From Auanema rhodensis (lineage: Eukaryota > Animalia > Nematoda), in NCBI GenBank assembly GCA_964057225.1, contig CAXKVF010000072.1, positions 682,001 through 746,000 of the forward strand: a stretch of DNA of 64,000 bases, in the 5' to 3' direction. Of this stretch, positions 11,441 through 25,800 are shown in pieces; position 1 is the first letter of the stretch; each line of letters begins with the position of its first letter. Position numbers and translations under genes: made by a program. The notes beneath the pieces were generated by a model. It made no database searches and was not told the DNA's origin. It saw nothing but the letters and a program-made list of their open reading frames with translations.

Positions 11441-14400
11441 TTCACGTAAACTTCAAAGTCATGGTTACCATGAACCAATATCAATACAAATTTATTTTTA
11501 GACTAATATGGACATGGGGAATCTAATTTTGAAAACCGCATCTCTTTATCTTTCACGTGAAGCGAGTTACATACCAAGTGCACATCACGTGTACATTTAA
11601 TTAGCATAAATTAAAGTTCACGTAAATTTCAAAGTCATGGTTACCATGAACCAATATCAATACAAATTTGTTTTTAGACTAATATGGACATGGGGAATCT
11701 AATTTTGAAAACCGCATCTCATTATCTTTCACGTGAAGCGAGTTACATACCAAGTGCACATCACGTGTACATTTAATTAGCATAAATTAAAGTTCACGTA
11801 AATTTCAAAGTCATGGTTACCATGAACCAATATCAATAAAAATTTGTTTTTAGACTAATATGGACATGGGGAATCTAATTTTGAAAACCGCATCTCTTTA
11901 TCTTTCACGTGAAGCGAGTTACATACCAAGTGCACATCACGTGTACATTTAATTAGCATAAATTAAAGTTCACGTAAATTTCAAAGTCATGGTTACCATG
12001 AACCAATATCAATACAAATTTGTTTTTAGACTAATATGGACATGGGGAATCTAATTTTGAAAACTGCATCACTTTATCTTTCACGTGAAGCGAGTTACAT
12101 ACCAAGTGCACATCACGTGTACATTTAATTAGCATAAATTAAAGTTCACGTAAATTTCAAAGTCATGGTTACCATGCACCAATATCAATAAAAATTTGTT
12201 TTTAGACTAATATGGACATGGGGAATCTAATTTTGAAAACCGCATCTCTTTATCTTTCACGTGAAGCGAGTTACATACCAAGTGCACATCACGTGTACAT
12301 TTAATTAGCATAAATTAAAGTTCACGTAAATTTCAAAGTCATGGTTACCATGAACCAATATCAATACAAATTTGTTTTTAGACTAATATGGACATGGGGA
12401 ATCTAATTTTGAAAACCGCATCTCTTTATCTTTCACGTGAAGCGAGTTACATACCAAGTGCACATCACGTGTACATTTAATTAGCATAAATTAAAGTTCA
12501 CGTAAATTTCAAAGTCATGGTTACCATGAACCAATATCAATAAAAATTTGTTTTTAGACTAATATGGACATGGGGAATCTAATTTTGAAAACCGCATCTC
12601 TTTATCTTTCACGTGAAGCGAGTTACATACCAAGTGCACATCATGTGTACATTTAATTAGCATAAATTAAAGTTCACGTAAATTTCAAAGTCATGGTTAC
12701 CATGAACCAATATCAATACAAATTTGTTTTTAGACTAATATGGACATGGGGAATCTAATTTTGAAAACCGCATCACTTTATCTTTCACGTGAAGCGAGTT
12801 ACATACCAAGTGCACATCACGTGTACATTTAATTAGCATAAATTAAAGTTCACGTAAATTTCAAAGTCATGGTTACCATGAACCAATATCAATACAAATT
12901 TGTTTTTAGACTAATATGGACATGGGGAATCTAATTTTGAAAACCGCATCTCTTTATCTTTCACGTGAAGCGAGTTACATACCAAGTGCACATCACGTGT
13001 ACATTTAATTAGCATAAATTAAAGTTCACGTAAATTTCAAAGTCATGGTTACCATGAACCAATATCAATACAAATTTGTTTTTAGACTAATATGGACATG
13101 GGGAATCTAATTTTGAAAACCGCATCTCTTTATCTTTCACGTGAAGCGAGTTACATACCAAGTGCACATCACGTGTACATTTAATTAGCATAAATTAAAG
13201 TTCACGTAAATTTCAAAGTCATGGTTACCATGAACCAATATCAATAAAAATTTGTTTTTAGACTAATATGGACATGGGGAATCTAATTTTGAAAACCGCA
13301 TCTCTTTATCTTTCACGTGAAGCGAGTTACATACCAAGTGCACATCACGTGTACATTTAATTAGCATAAATTAAAGTTCACGTAAATTTCAAAGTCATGG
13401 TTACCATGAACCAATATCAATACAAATTTGTTTTTAGACTAATATGGACATGGGGAATCTAATTTTGAAAACTGCATCACTTTATCTTTCACGTGAAGCG
13501 AGTTACATACCAAGTGCACATCACGTGTACATTTAATTAGCATAAATTAAAGTTCACGTAAATTTCAAAGTCATGGTTACCATGCACCAATATCAATAAA
13601 AATTTGTTTTTAGACTAATATGGACATGGGGAATCTAATGTTGAAAACCGCATCTCTTTATCTTTCACGTGAAGCGAGTTACATACCAAGTGCACATCAC
13701 GTGTACATTTAATTAGCATAAATTAAAGTTCACGTAAATTTCAAAGTCATGGTTACCATGAAGCAATATCAATAAAAATTTGTTTTTAGACTAATATGGA
13801 CAGGGGGAATCTAATTTTGAAAACCGCATCTCTTTATCTTTCACGTGAAGCGAGTTACATACCAAGTGCACATCACGTGTACATTTAATTAGAATAAATT
13901 AAAGTTCACGTAAATTTCAAAGTCATGGTTACCATGAACTAATATCAATAAAAATTTGTTTTTAGACTAATATGGACATGGGGAATCTAATTTTGAAAAC
14001 CGCATCTCTTTATCTTTCACGTGAAGCGAGTTACATACCAAGTGCACATCACGTGTACATTTAATTAGCATAAATTAAAGTTCACGTAAATTTCAAAGTC
14101 ATGGTTACCATGAACTAATATCAATAAAAATTTGTTTTTAGACTAATATGGACATGGGGAATCTAATTTTGAAAACCGCATCTCTTTATCTTTCACGTGA
14201 AGCGAGTTACATACCAAGTGCACATCACGTGTACATTTAATTAGCATAAATTAAAGTTCACGTAAATTTCAAAGTCATGGTTACCATGAAGCAATATCAA
14301 TAAAAATTTGTTTTTAGACTAATATGGACAGGGGGCATCTAATTTTGAAAACCGCATCTCTTTATCTTTCACGTGAAGCGAGTTACATACCAAGTGCACA

Positions 14401-15199
14401 TCACGTGTACATTTAATTAGCATAAATTAAAGTTCACGTAAATTTCAAAGTCATGGTTACCATGAACCAATATCAATAAAAATTTGTTTTTAGACTAATA
14501 TGGACATGAGGAATCTAATTTTGAAAACCGCATCTCTTTATCTTTCACGTGAAGCGAGTTACATACCAAGTGCACATCACGTGTACATTCAATTAGCATA
14601 AATTAAAGTTCACGTAAAATTCAAAGTCATGGTTACCATGAACCAATATCAATAAAAATTTGTTTTTAGACTAATATGGACATGGGGAATCTAATTTTGA
14701 AAACCGCATCTCTTTATCTTTCACGTAAAGCGAGTTACATACCAAGTGCACATCACGTGTACATTTAATTAGCATAAATTAAAGTTCACGTAAATTTCAA
14801 AGTCATGGTTACCATGCACCAACATCAATAAAAATTTGTTTTTAGACTAATATGGACATGGGGAATCTAATGTTGAAAACCGCATCTCTTTATCTTTCAC
14901 GTGAAGCGAGTTACATACCAAGTGCACATCACGTGTACATTTAATTAGCATAAATTAAAGTTCACGTAAATTTCAAAGTCATGGTTACCATGAACCAATA
15001 TCAATAAAAATTTGTTTTTAGACTAATATGGACAGGGGGAATCTAATTTTGAAAACCGCATCTCTTTATCTTTCACGTGAAGCGAGTTACATACCAAGTG
15101 CACATCACGTGTACATTTAATTAGCATAAATTAAAGTTCACGTAAATTTCAAAGTCATGGTTACCATGAACCAATATCAATAAAAATTTGTTTTTAGAC

Positions 15200-15255
15200 T
15201 AATATGGACATGAGGAATCTAATTCTGTAATATGGACATGAGGAATCTAATTTTG
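15200..15255 (+). repeat. 28-bp internal tandem duplication giving a 204-bp monomer (copy 1)
   Basis: TAATATGGACATGAGGAATCTAATTCTG (15200-15227) followed by TAATATGGACATGAGGAATCTAATTTTG (15228-15255). Confidence 0.97.
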
Positions 15256-16811
15256 AAAACCGCATCTCTTTATCTTTCACGTGAAGCGAGTTACATACCA
15301 AGTGCACATCACGTGTACATTTAATTAGCATAAATTAAAGTTCACGTAAATTTCAAAGTCATGGTTACCATGAACTAATATCAATAAAAATTTGTTTTTA
15401 GACTAATATGGACATGGGGAATCTAATTTTGAAAACCGCATCTCTTTATCTTTCACGTGAAGCGAGTTACATACCAAGTGCACATCACGTGTACATTTAA
15501 TTAGCATAAATTAAAGTTCACGTAAATTTCAAAGTCATGGTTACCATGAACCAATATCAATAAAAATTTGTTTTTAGACTAATATGGACATGGGGAATCT
15601 AATTTTGAAAACCGCATCTCTTTATCTTTCACGTGAAGCGAGTTACATACCAAGTGCACATCACGTGTACATTTAATTAGCATAAATTAAAGTTCACGTA
15701 AATTTCAAAGTCATGGTTACCATGAACCAATATCAATAAAAATTTGTTTTTAGACTAATATGGACATGAGGAATCTAATTTTGAAAACCGCATCTCTTTA
15801 TCTTTCACGTGAAGCGAGTTACATACCAAGTGCACATCACGTGTACATTCAATTAGCATAAATTAAAGTTCACGTAAATTTCAAAGTCATGGTTACCATG
15901 CACCAATATCAATAAAAATTTGTTTTTAGACTAATATGGACATGGGGAATCTAATTTTGAAAACCGCATCTCTTTATCTTTCACATGAAGCGAGTTACAT
16001 ACCAAGTGCACATCACGTGTACATTTAATTAGCATAAATTAAAGTTCACGTAAATTTCAAAGTCATGGTTACCATGAACCAATATCAATAAAAATTTGTT
16101 TTTAGACTAATATGGACATGGGGAATCTAATTTTGAAAACCGCATCTCTTTATCTTTCACGTGAAGCGAGTTACATACCAAGTGCACATCACGTGTACAT
16201 TTAATTAGCATAAATTAAAGTTCACGTAAATTTCAAAGTCATGGTTACCATGAACCAATATCAATAAAAATTTGTTTTTAGACTAATATGGACATGGGGA
16301 ATCTAATTTTGAAAACCGCATCTCTTTATCTTTCACGTGAAGCGAGTTACATACCAAGTGCACATCACGTGTACATTTAATTAGCATAAATTAAAGTTCA
16401 CGTAAATTTCAAAGTCATGGTTACCATGAAGCAATATCAATAAAAATTTGTTTTTAGACTAATATGGACATGGGGAATCTAATTTTGAAAACCGCATCTC
16501 TTTATCTTTCACGTGAAGCGAGTTACATACCAAGTGCACATCACGTGTACATTTAATTAGCATAAATTAAAGTTCACGTAAATTTCAAAGTCATGGTTAC
16601 CATGCACCAATATCAATAAAAATTTGTTTTTAGACTAATATGGACATGGGGAATCTAATTTTGAAAACCGCATCTCTTTATCTTTCACGTGAAGCGAGTT
16701 ACATACCAAGTGCACATCACGTGTACATTTAATTAGCATAAATTAAAGTTCACGTAAATTTCAAAGTCATGGTTACCATGAACCAATATCAATAAAAATT
16801 TGTTTTTAGAC

Positions 16812-16867
16812 TAATATGGACATGAGGAATCTAATTCTGTAATATGGACATGAGGAATCTAATTTTG
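16812..16867 (+). repeat. 28-bp internal tandem duplication giving a 204-bp monomer (copy 2)
   Basis: Identical to 15200-15255, including T89C in the first half. Confidence 0.97.
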
Positions 16868-19800
16868 AAAACCGCATCTCTTTATCTTTCACGTGAAGCG
16901 AGTTACATACCAAGTGCACATCACGTGTACATTTAATTAGCATAAATTAAAGTTCACGTAAATTTCAAAGTCATGGTTACCATGAACTAATATCAATAAA
17001 AATTTGTTTTTAGACTAATATGGACATGGGGAATCTAATTTTGAAAACCGCATCTCTTTATCTTTCACGTGAAGCGAGTTACATACCAAGTGCACATCAC
17101 GTGTACATTTAATTAGCATAAATTAAAGTTCACGTAAATTTCAAAGTCATGGTTACCATGAACCAATATCAATAAAAATTTGTTTTTAGACTAATATGGA
17201 CATGGGGAATCTAATTTTGAAAACCGCATCTCTTTATCTTTCACGTGAAGCGAGTTACATACCAAGTGCACATCACGTGTACATTTAATTAGCATAAATT
17301 AAAGTTCACGTAAATTTCAAAGTCATGGTTACCATGAACCAATATCAATAAAAATTTGTTTTTAGACTAATATGGACATGAGGAATCTAATTTTGAAAAC
17401 CGCATCTCTTTATCTTTCACGTGAAGCGAGTTACATACCAAGTGCACATCACGTGTACATTCAATTAGCATAAATTAAAGTTCACGTAAATTTCAAAGTC
17501 ATGGTTACCATGCACCAATATCAATAAAAATTTGTTTTTAGACTAATATGGACATGGGGAATCTAATTTTGAAAACCGCATCTCTTTATCTTTCACATGA
17601 AGCGAGTTACATACCAAGTGCACATCACGTGTACATTTAATTAGCATAAATTAAAGTTCACGTAAATTTCAAAGTCATGGTTACCATGAACCAATATCAA
17701 TAAAAATTTGTTTTTAGACTAATATGGACATGGGGAATCTAATTTTGAAAACCGCATCTCTTTATCTTTCACGTGAAGCGAGTTACATACCAAGTGCACA
17801 TCACGTGTACATTTAATTAGCATAAATTAAAGTTCACGTAAATTTCAAAGTCATGGTTACCATGAACCAATATCAATAAAAATTTGTTTTTAGACTAATA
17901 TGGACATGGGGAATCTAATTTTGAAAACCGCATCTCTTTATCTTTCACGTGAAGCGAGTTACATACCAAGTGCACATCACGTGTACATTTAATTAGCATA
18001 AATTAAAGTTCACGTAAATTTCAAAGTCATGGTTACCATGAAGCAATATCAATAAAAATTTGTTTTTAGACTAATATGGACATGGGGAATCTGATTTTGA
18101 AAACCGCATCTCTTTATCTTTCACGTGAAGCGAGTTACATACCAAGTGCACATCACGTGTACATTTAATTAGCATAAATTAAAGTTCACGTAAATTTCAA
18201 AGTCATGGTTACCATGCACCAATATCAATAAAAATTTGTTTTTAGACTAATATGGACATGGGGAATCTAATTTTGAAAACCGCATCTCTTTATCTTTCAC
18301 GTGAAGCGAGTTACATACCAAGTGCACATCACGTGTACATTTAATTAGCATAAATTAAAGTTCACGTAAATTTCAAAGTCATGGTTACCATGAACCAATA
18401 TCAATAAAAATTTGTTTTTAGACTAATATGGACATGGGGAATCTAATTTTGAAAACCGCATCTCTTTATCTTTCACGTGAAGCGAGTTACATACCAAGTG
18501 CACATCACGTGTACATTTAATTAGCATAAATTAAAGTTCACGTAAATTTCAAAGTCATGGTTACCATGAAGCAATATCAATAAAAATTTGTTTTTAGACT
18601 AATATGGACATGGGGAATCTGATTTTGAAAACCGCATCTCTTTATCTTTCACGTGAAGCGAGTTACATACCAAGTGCACATCACGTGTACATTTAATTAG
18701 CATAAATTAAAGTTCACGTAAATTTCAAAGTCATGGTTACCATGCACCAATATCAATAAAAATTTGTTTTTAGACTAATATGGACATGGGGAATCTAATT
18801 TTGAAAACCGCATCTCTTTATCTTTCACGTGAAGCGAGTTACATACCAAGTGCACATCACGTGTACATTTAATTAGCATAAATTAAAGTTCACGTAAATT
18901 TCAAAGTCATGGTTACCATGAACCAATATCAATAAAAATTTGTTTTTAGACTAATATGGACATGGGGAATCTAATTTTGAAAACCGCATCTCTTTATCTT
19001 TCACGTGAAGCGAGTTACATACCAAGTGCACATCACGTGTACATTTAATTAGCATAAATTAAAGTTCACGTAAATTTCAAAGTCATGGTTACCATGAACC
19101 AATATCAATAAAAATTTGTTTTTAGACTAATATGGACATGGGGAATCTAATTTTGAAAACCGCATCTCTTTATCTTTCACGTGAAGCGAGTTACATACCA
19201 AGTGCACATCACGTGTACATTTAATTAGCATAAATTAAAGTTCACGTAAATTTCAAAGTCATGGTTAACATGCACCAATATCAATAAAAATTTGTTTTTA
19301 GACTAATATGGACATGGGAATCTAATTTTGAAAACCGCATCTCTTTATCTTTCACGTGAAGCGAGTTACATACTAAGTGCACATCACGTGTACATTTAAT
19401 TAGCATAAATTAAAGTTCACGTAAATTTCAAAGTCATGGTTACCATGAACCAATATCAATAAAAATTTGTTTTTAGACTAATATGGACATGGGGAATCTA
19501 ATTTTGAAAACCGCATCTCTTTATCTTTCACGTGAAGCGAGTTACATACCAAGTGCACATCACGTGTACATTTAATTAGCATAAATTAAAGTTCACGTAA
19601 ATTTCAAAGTCATGGTTACCATGAAGCAATATCAATAAAAATTTGTTTTTAGACTAATATGGACATGGGGAATCTAATTTTGAAAACCGCATCTCTTTAT
19701 CTTTCACGTGAAGCGAGTTACATACCAAGTGCACATCACGTGTACATTTAATTAGCATAAATTAAAGTTCACGTAAATTTCAAAGGCATGGTTACCATGA

Positions 19801-22800
19801 AGCAATATCAATAAAAATTTGTTTTTAGACTAATATGGACATGGGGAATCTAATTTTGAAAACCGCATCTTTTTATCTTTCACGTGAAGCGAGTTACATA
19901 CCAAGTGCACATCACGTGTACATTTAATTAGCATAAATTAAAGTTCACGTAAATTTCAAAGTCATGGTTACCATGAACCAATATCAATAAAAATTTGTTT
20001 TTAGACTAATATGGACATGGGGAATCTAATTTTGAAAACCGCATCTCTTTATCTTTCACGTGAAGCGAGTTACATACCAAGTGCACATCACGTGTACATT
20101 TAATTAGCATAAATTAAAGTTCACGTAAATTTCAAAGGCATGGTTACCATGAAGCAATATCAATAAAAATTTGTTTTTAGACTAATATGGACATGGGGAA
20201 TCTAATTTTGAAAACCGCATCTCTTTATCTTTCACGTGAAGCGAGTTACATACCAAGTGCACATCACGTGTACATTTAATTAGCATAAATTAAAGTTCAC
20301 GTAAATTTCAAAGTCATGGTTACCATGAACCAATATCAATAAAAATTTGTTTTTAGACTAATATGGACATGGGGAATCTAATTTTGAAAACCGCATCTCT
20401 TTATCTTTCACGTGAAGCGAGTTACATACCAAGTGCACATCACGTGTACATTTGATTAGCATAAATTAAAGTTCACGTAAAATTCAAAGTCATGGTTACC
20501 ATGCACCAATATCAATAAAAATTTGTTTTTAGACTAATATGGACATGGGGAATCTAATTTTGAAAACCGCATCTCTTTATCTTTCACGTGAAGCGAGTTA
20601 CATACCAAGTGCACATCACGTGTACATTTAATTAGCATAAATTAAAGTTCACGTAAATTTCAAAGTCATGGTTACCATGAACCAATATCAATAAAAATTT
20701 GTTTTTAGACTAATATGGACATGGGGAATCTAATTTTGAAAACCGCATCTCTTTATCTTTCACGTGAAGCGAGTTACATACCAAGTGCACATCACGTGTA
20801 CATTTAATTAGCATAAATTAAAGTTCACGTAAATTTCAAAGTCATGGTTACCATGAAGCAATATCAATAAAAATTTGTTTTTAGACTAATATGGACATGG
20901 GGAATCTAATTTTGAAAACCGCATCTCTTTATCTTTCACGTGAAGCGAGTTACATACCAAGTGCACATCACGTGTACATTTAATTAGCATAAATTAAAGT
21001 TCACGTAAATTTCAAAGTCATGGTTACCATGAAGCAATATCAATAAAAATTTGTTTTTAGACTAATATGGACATGGGGAATCTAATTTTGAAAACCGCAT
21101 CTTTTTATCTTTCACGTGAAGCGAGTTACATACCAAGTGCACATCACGTGTACATTTAATTAGCATAAATTAAAGTTCACGTAAATTTCAAAGTCATGGT
21201 TACCATGAACCAATATCAATAAAAATTTGTTTTTAGACTAATATGGACATGGGGAATCTAATTTTGAAAACCGCATCTCTTTATCTTTCACGTGAAGCGA
21301 GTTACATACCAAGTGCACATCACGTGTACATTTAATTAGCATAAATTAAAGTTCACGTAAATTTCAAAGTCATGGTTACCACGAACCAATATCAATAAAA
21401 ATTTGTTTTTAGACTAATATGGACATGGGGAATCTAATTTTGAAAACCGCATCTCTTTATCTTTCACGTGAAGCGAGTTACATACCAAGTACACATCACG
21501 TGTACATTTAATTAGCATAAATTAAAGTTCACGTAAACTTCAAAGTCATGGTTACCATGAACCAATATCAATAAAAATTTGTTTTTAGACTAATATGGAC
21601 ATGGGGAATCTAATTTTGAAAACCGCATCTCTTTATCTTTCACGTGAAGCGAGTTACATACCAAGTGCACATCACGTGTACATTTAATTAGCATAAATTA
21701 AAGTTCACGTAAACTTCAAAGTCATGGTTACCATGCACCAATATCAATAAAAATTTGTTTTTAGACTAATATGGACATGGGGAATCTAATTTTGAAAACC
21801 GCATCTCTTTATCTTTCACGTGAAGCGAGTTACATACCAAGTGCACATCACGTGTACATTTAATTAGCATAAATTAAAGTTCACGTAAATTTCAAAGTCA
21901 TGGTTACCATGAACCAATATCAATAAAAATTTGTTTTTAGACTAATATGGACATGGGGAATCTAATTTTGAAAACCGCATCTCTTTATCTTTCACGTGAA
22001 GCGAGTTACATACCAAGTGCACATCACGTGTACATTTAATTAGCATAAATTAAAGTTCACGTAAATTTCAAAGTCATGGTTAACATGCACCAATATCAAT
22101 AAAAATTTGTTTTTAGACTAATATGGACATGGGGAATCTAATTTTGAAAACCGCATCTCTTTATCTTTCACGTGAAGCGAGTTACATACCAAGTGCACAT
22201 CACGTGTACATTTAATTAGCATAAATTAAAGTTCACGTAAATTTCAAAGTCATGGTTACCATGAACCAATATCAATAAAAATTTGTTTTTAGACTAATAT
22301 GGACATGGGGAATCTAATTTTGAAAACCGCATCTCTTTATCTTTCACGTGAAGCGAGTTACATACCAAGTGCACATCACGTGTACATTTAATTAGCATAA
22401 ATTAAAGTTCACGTAAACTTCAAAGTCATGGTTACCATGCACCAATATCAATAAAAATTTGTTTTTAGACTAATATGGACATGGGGAATCTAATTTTGAA
22501 AACCGCATCTCTTTATCTTTCACGTGAAGCGAGTTACATACCAAGTGCACATCACGTGTACATTTAATTAGCATAAATTAAAGTTCACGTAAATTTCAAA
22601 GTCATGGTTACCATGAACCAATATCAATAAAAATTTGTTTTTAGACTAATATGGACATGGGGAATCTAATTTTGAAAACCGCATCTCTTTATCTTTCACG
22701 TGAAGCGAGTTACATACCAAGTGCACATCACGTGTACATTTAATTAGCATAAATTAAAGTTCACGTAAATTTCAAAGTCATGGTTAACATGCACCAATAT

Positions 22801-25800
22801 CAATAAAAATTTGTTTTTAGACTAATATGGACATGGGGAATCTAATTTTGAAAACCGCATCTCTTTATCTTTCACGTGAAGCGAGTTACATACCAAGTGC
22901 ACATCACGTGTACATTTAATTAGCATAAATTAAAGTTCACGTAAATTTCAAAGTCATGGTTACCATGAACCAATATCAATAAAAATTTGTTTTTAGACTA
23001 ATATGGACATGGGGAATCTAATTTTGAAAACCGCATCTCTTTATCTTTCACGTGAAGCGAGTTACATACCAAGTGCACATCACGTGTACATTTAATTAGC
23101 ATAAATTAAAGTTCACGTAAATTTCAAAGTCATGGTTACCATGAACCAATATCAATAAAAATTTGTTTTTAGACTAATATGGACATGGGGAATCTAATTT
23201 TGAAAACCGCATCACTTTATCTTTCACGTGAAGCGAGTTACATACCAAGTGCACATCACGTGTACATTTAATTAGCATAAATTAAAGTTCACGTAAAATT
23301 CAAAGTCATGGTTACCATGAACCAATATCAATACAAATTTGTTTTTAGACTAATATGGACATGGGGAATCTAATTTTGAAAACCGCATCTCTTTATCTTT
23401 CACGTGAAGCGAGTTACATACCAAGTGCACATCACGTGTACATTTAATTAGCATAAATTAAAGTTCACGTAAATTTCAAAGTCATGGTTACCATGAACCA
23501 ATATCAATACAAATTTGTTTTTAGACTAATATGGACATGGGGAATCTAATTTTGAAAACCGCATCTCTTTATCTTTCACGTGAAGCGAGTTACATACCAA
23601 GTGCACATCACGTGTACATTTAATTAGCATAAATTAAAGTTCACGTAAATTTCAAAGTCATGGTTACCATGAAGCAATATCAATAAAAATTTGTTTTTAG
23701 ACTAATATGGACATGGGGAATCTAATTTTGAAAACCGCATCTCTTTATCTTTCACGTGAAGCGAGTTACATACCAAGTGCACATCACGTGTACATTTAAT
23801 TAGCATAGATTAAAGTTCACGTAAATTTCAAAGTCATGGTTACCATGAACCAATATCAATAAAAATTTGTTTTTAGACTAATATGGACATGGGGAATCTA
23901 ATTTTGAAAACCGCATCTCTTTATCTCTCACGTGAAGCGAGTTACATACCAAGTGCACATCACGTGTACATTTAATTAGCATAAATTAAAGTTCACGTAA
24001 ATTTCAAAGTCATGGTTACCATGAACCAATATCAATACAAATTTGTTTTTAGACTAATATGGACATGGGGAATCTAATTTTGAAAACTGCATCACTTTAT
24101 CTTTCACGTGAAGCGAGTTACATACCAAGTGCACATCACGTGTACATTTAATTAGCATAAATTAAAGTTCACGTAAATTTCAAAGTCATGGTTACCATGC
24201 ACCAATATCAATAAAAATTTGTTTTTAGACTAATATGGACATGGGGAATCTAATTTTGAAAACCGCATCTCTTTATCTTTCACGTGAAGCGAGTTACATA
24301 CCAAGTGCACATCACGTGTACATTTAATTAGCATAAATTAAAGTTCACGTAAATTTCAAAGTCATGGTTACCATGAACCAATATCAATAAAAATTTGTTT
24401 TTAGACTAATATGGACATGGGGAATCTAATTTTGAAAACCGCATCTCTTTATCTTTCACGTGAAGCGAGTTACATACCAAGTGCACATCACGTGTACATT
24501 TAATTAGCATAAATTAAAGTTCACGTAAATTTCAAAGTCATGGTTACCATGAACCAATATCAATACAAATTTGTTTTTAGACTAATATGGACATGGGGAA
24601 TCTAATTTTGAAAACCGCATCTCTTTATCTTTCACGTGAAGCGAGTTACATACCAAGTGCACATCACGTGTACATTTAATTAGCATAAATTAAAGTTCAC
24701 GTAAATTTCAAAGTCATGGTTACCATGAACCAATATCAATAAAAATTTGTTTTTAGACTAATATGGACATGGGGAATCTAATTTTGAAAACCGCATCTCT
24801 TTATCTTTCACGTGAAGCGAGTTACATACCAAGTGCACATCATGTGTACATTTAATTAGCATAAATTAAAGTTCACGTAAATTTCAAAGTCATGGTTACC
24901 ATGAACCAATATCAATACAAATTTGTTTTTAGACTAATATGGACATGGGGAATCTAATTTTGAAAACCGCATCACTTTATCTTTCACGTGAAGCGAGTTA
25001 CATACCAAGTGCACATCACGTGTACATTTAATTAGCATAAATTAAAGTTCACGTAAATTTCAAAGTCATGGTTACCATGAACCAATATCAATACAAATTT
25101 GTTTTTAGACTAATATGGACATGGGGAATCTAATTTTGAAAACCGCATCTCTTTATCTTTCACGTGAAGCGAGTTACATACCAAGTGCACATCACGTGTA
25201 CATTTAATTAGCATAAATTAAAGTTCACGTAAATTTCAAAGTCATGGTTACCATGAACCAATATCAATACAAATTTGTTTTTAGACTAATATGGACATGG
25301 GGAATCTAATTTTGAAAACCGCATCTCTTTATCTTTCACGTGAAGCGAGTTACATACCAAGTGCACATCACGTGTACATTTAATTAGCATAAATTAAAGT
25401 TCACGTAAATTTCAAAGTCATGGTTACCATGAACCAATATCAATAAAAATTTGTTTTTAGACTAATATGGACATGGGGAATCTAATTTTGAAAACCGCAT
25501 CTCTTTATCTTTCACGTGAAGCGAGTTACATACCAAGTGCACATCACGTGTACATTTAATTAGCATAAATTAAAGTTCACGTAAATTTCAAAGTCATGGT
25601 TACCATGAACCAATATCAATACAAATTTGTTTTTAGACTAATATGGACATGGGGAATCTAATTTTGAAAACTGCATCACTTTATCTTTCACGTGAAGCGA
25701 GTTACATACCAAGTGCACATCACGTGTATATTTAATTAGCATAAATTAAAGTTCACGTAAATTTCAAAGTCATGGTTACCATGCACCAATATCAATAAAA

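Larger units (their letters stand above)
15137..18360 (+). repeat. 9-monomer (1612-bp) tandem duplication carrying the 204-bp monomer
   Basis: [dup28+G77A][C36T][cons][G77A+T158C][A33C+G117A][cons][cons][C35G][A33C] at 15137-16748 and 16749-18360; the second copy adds A85G. Confidence 0.92.
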
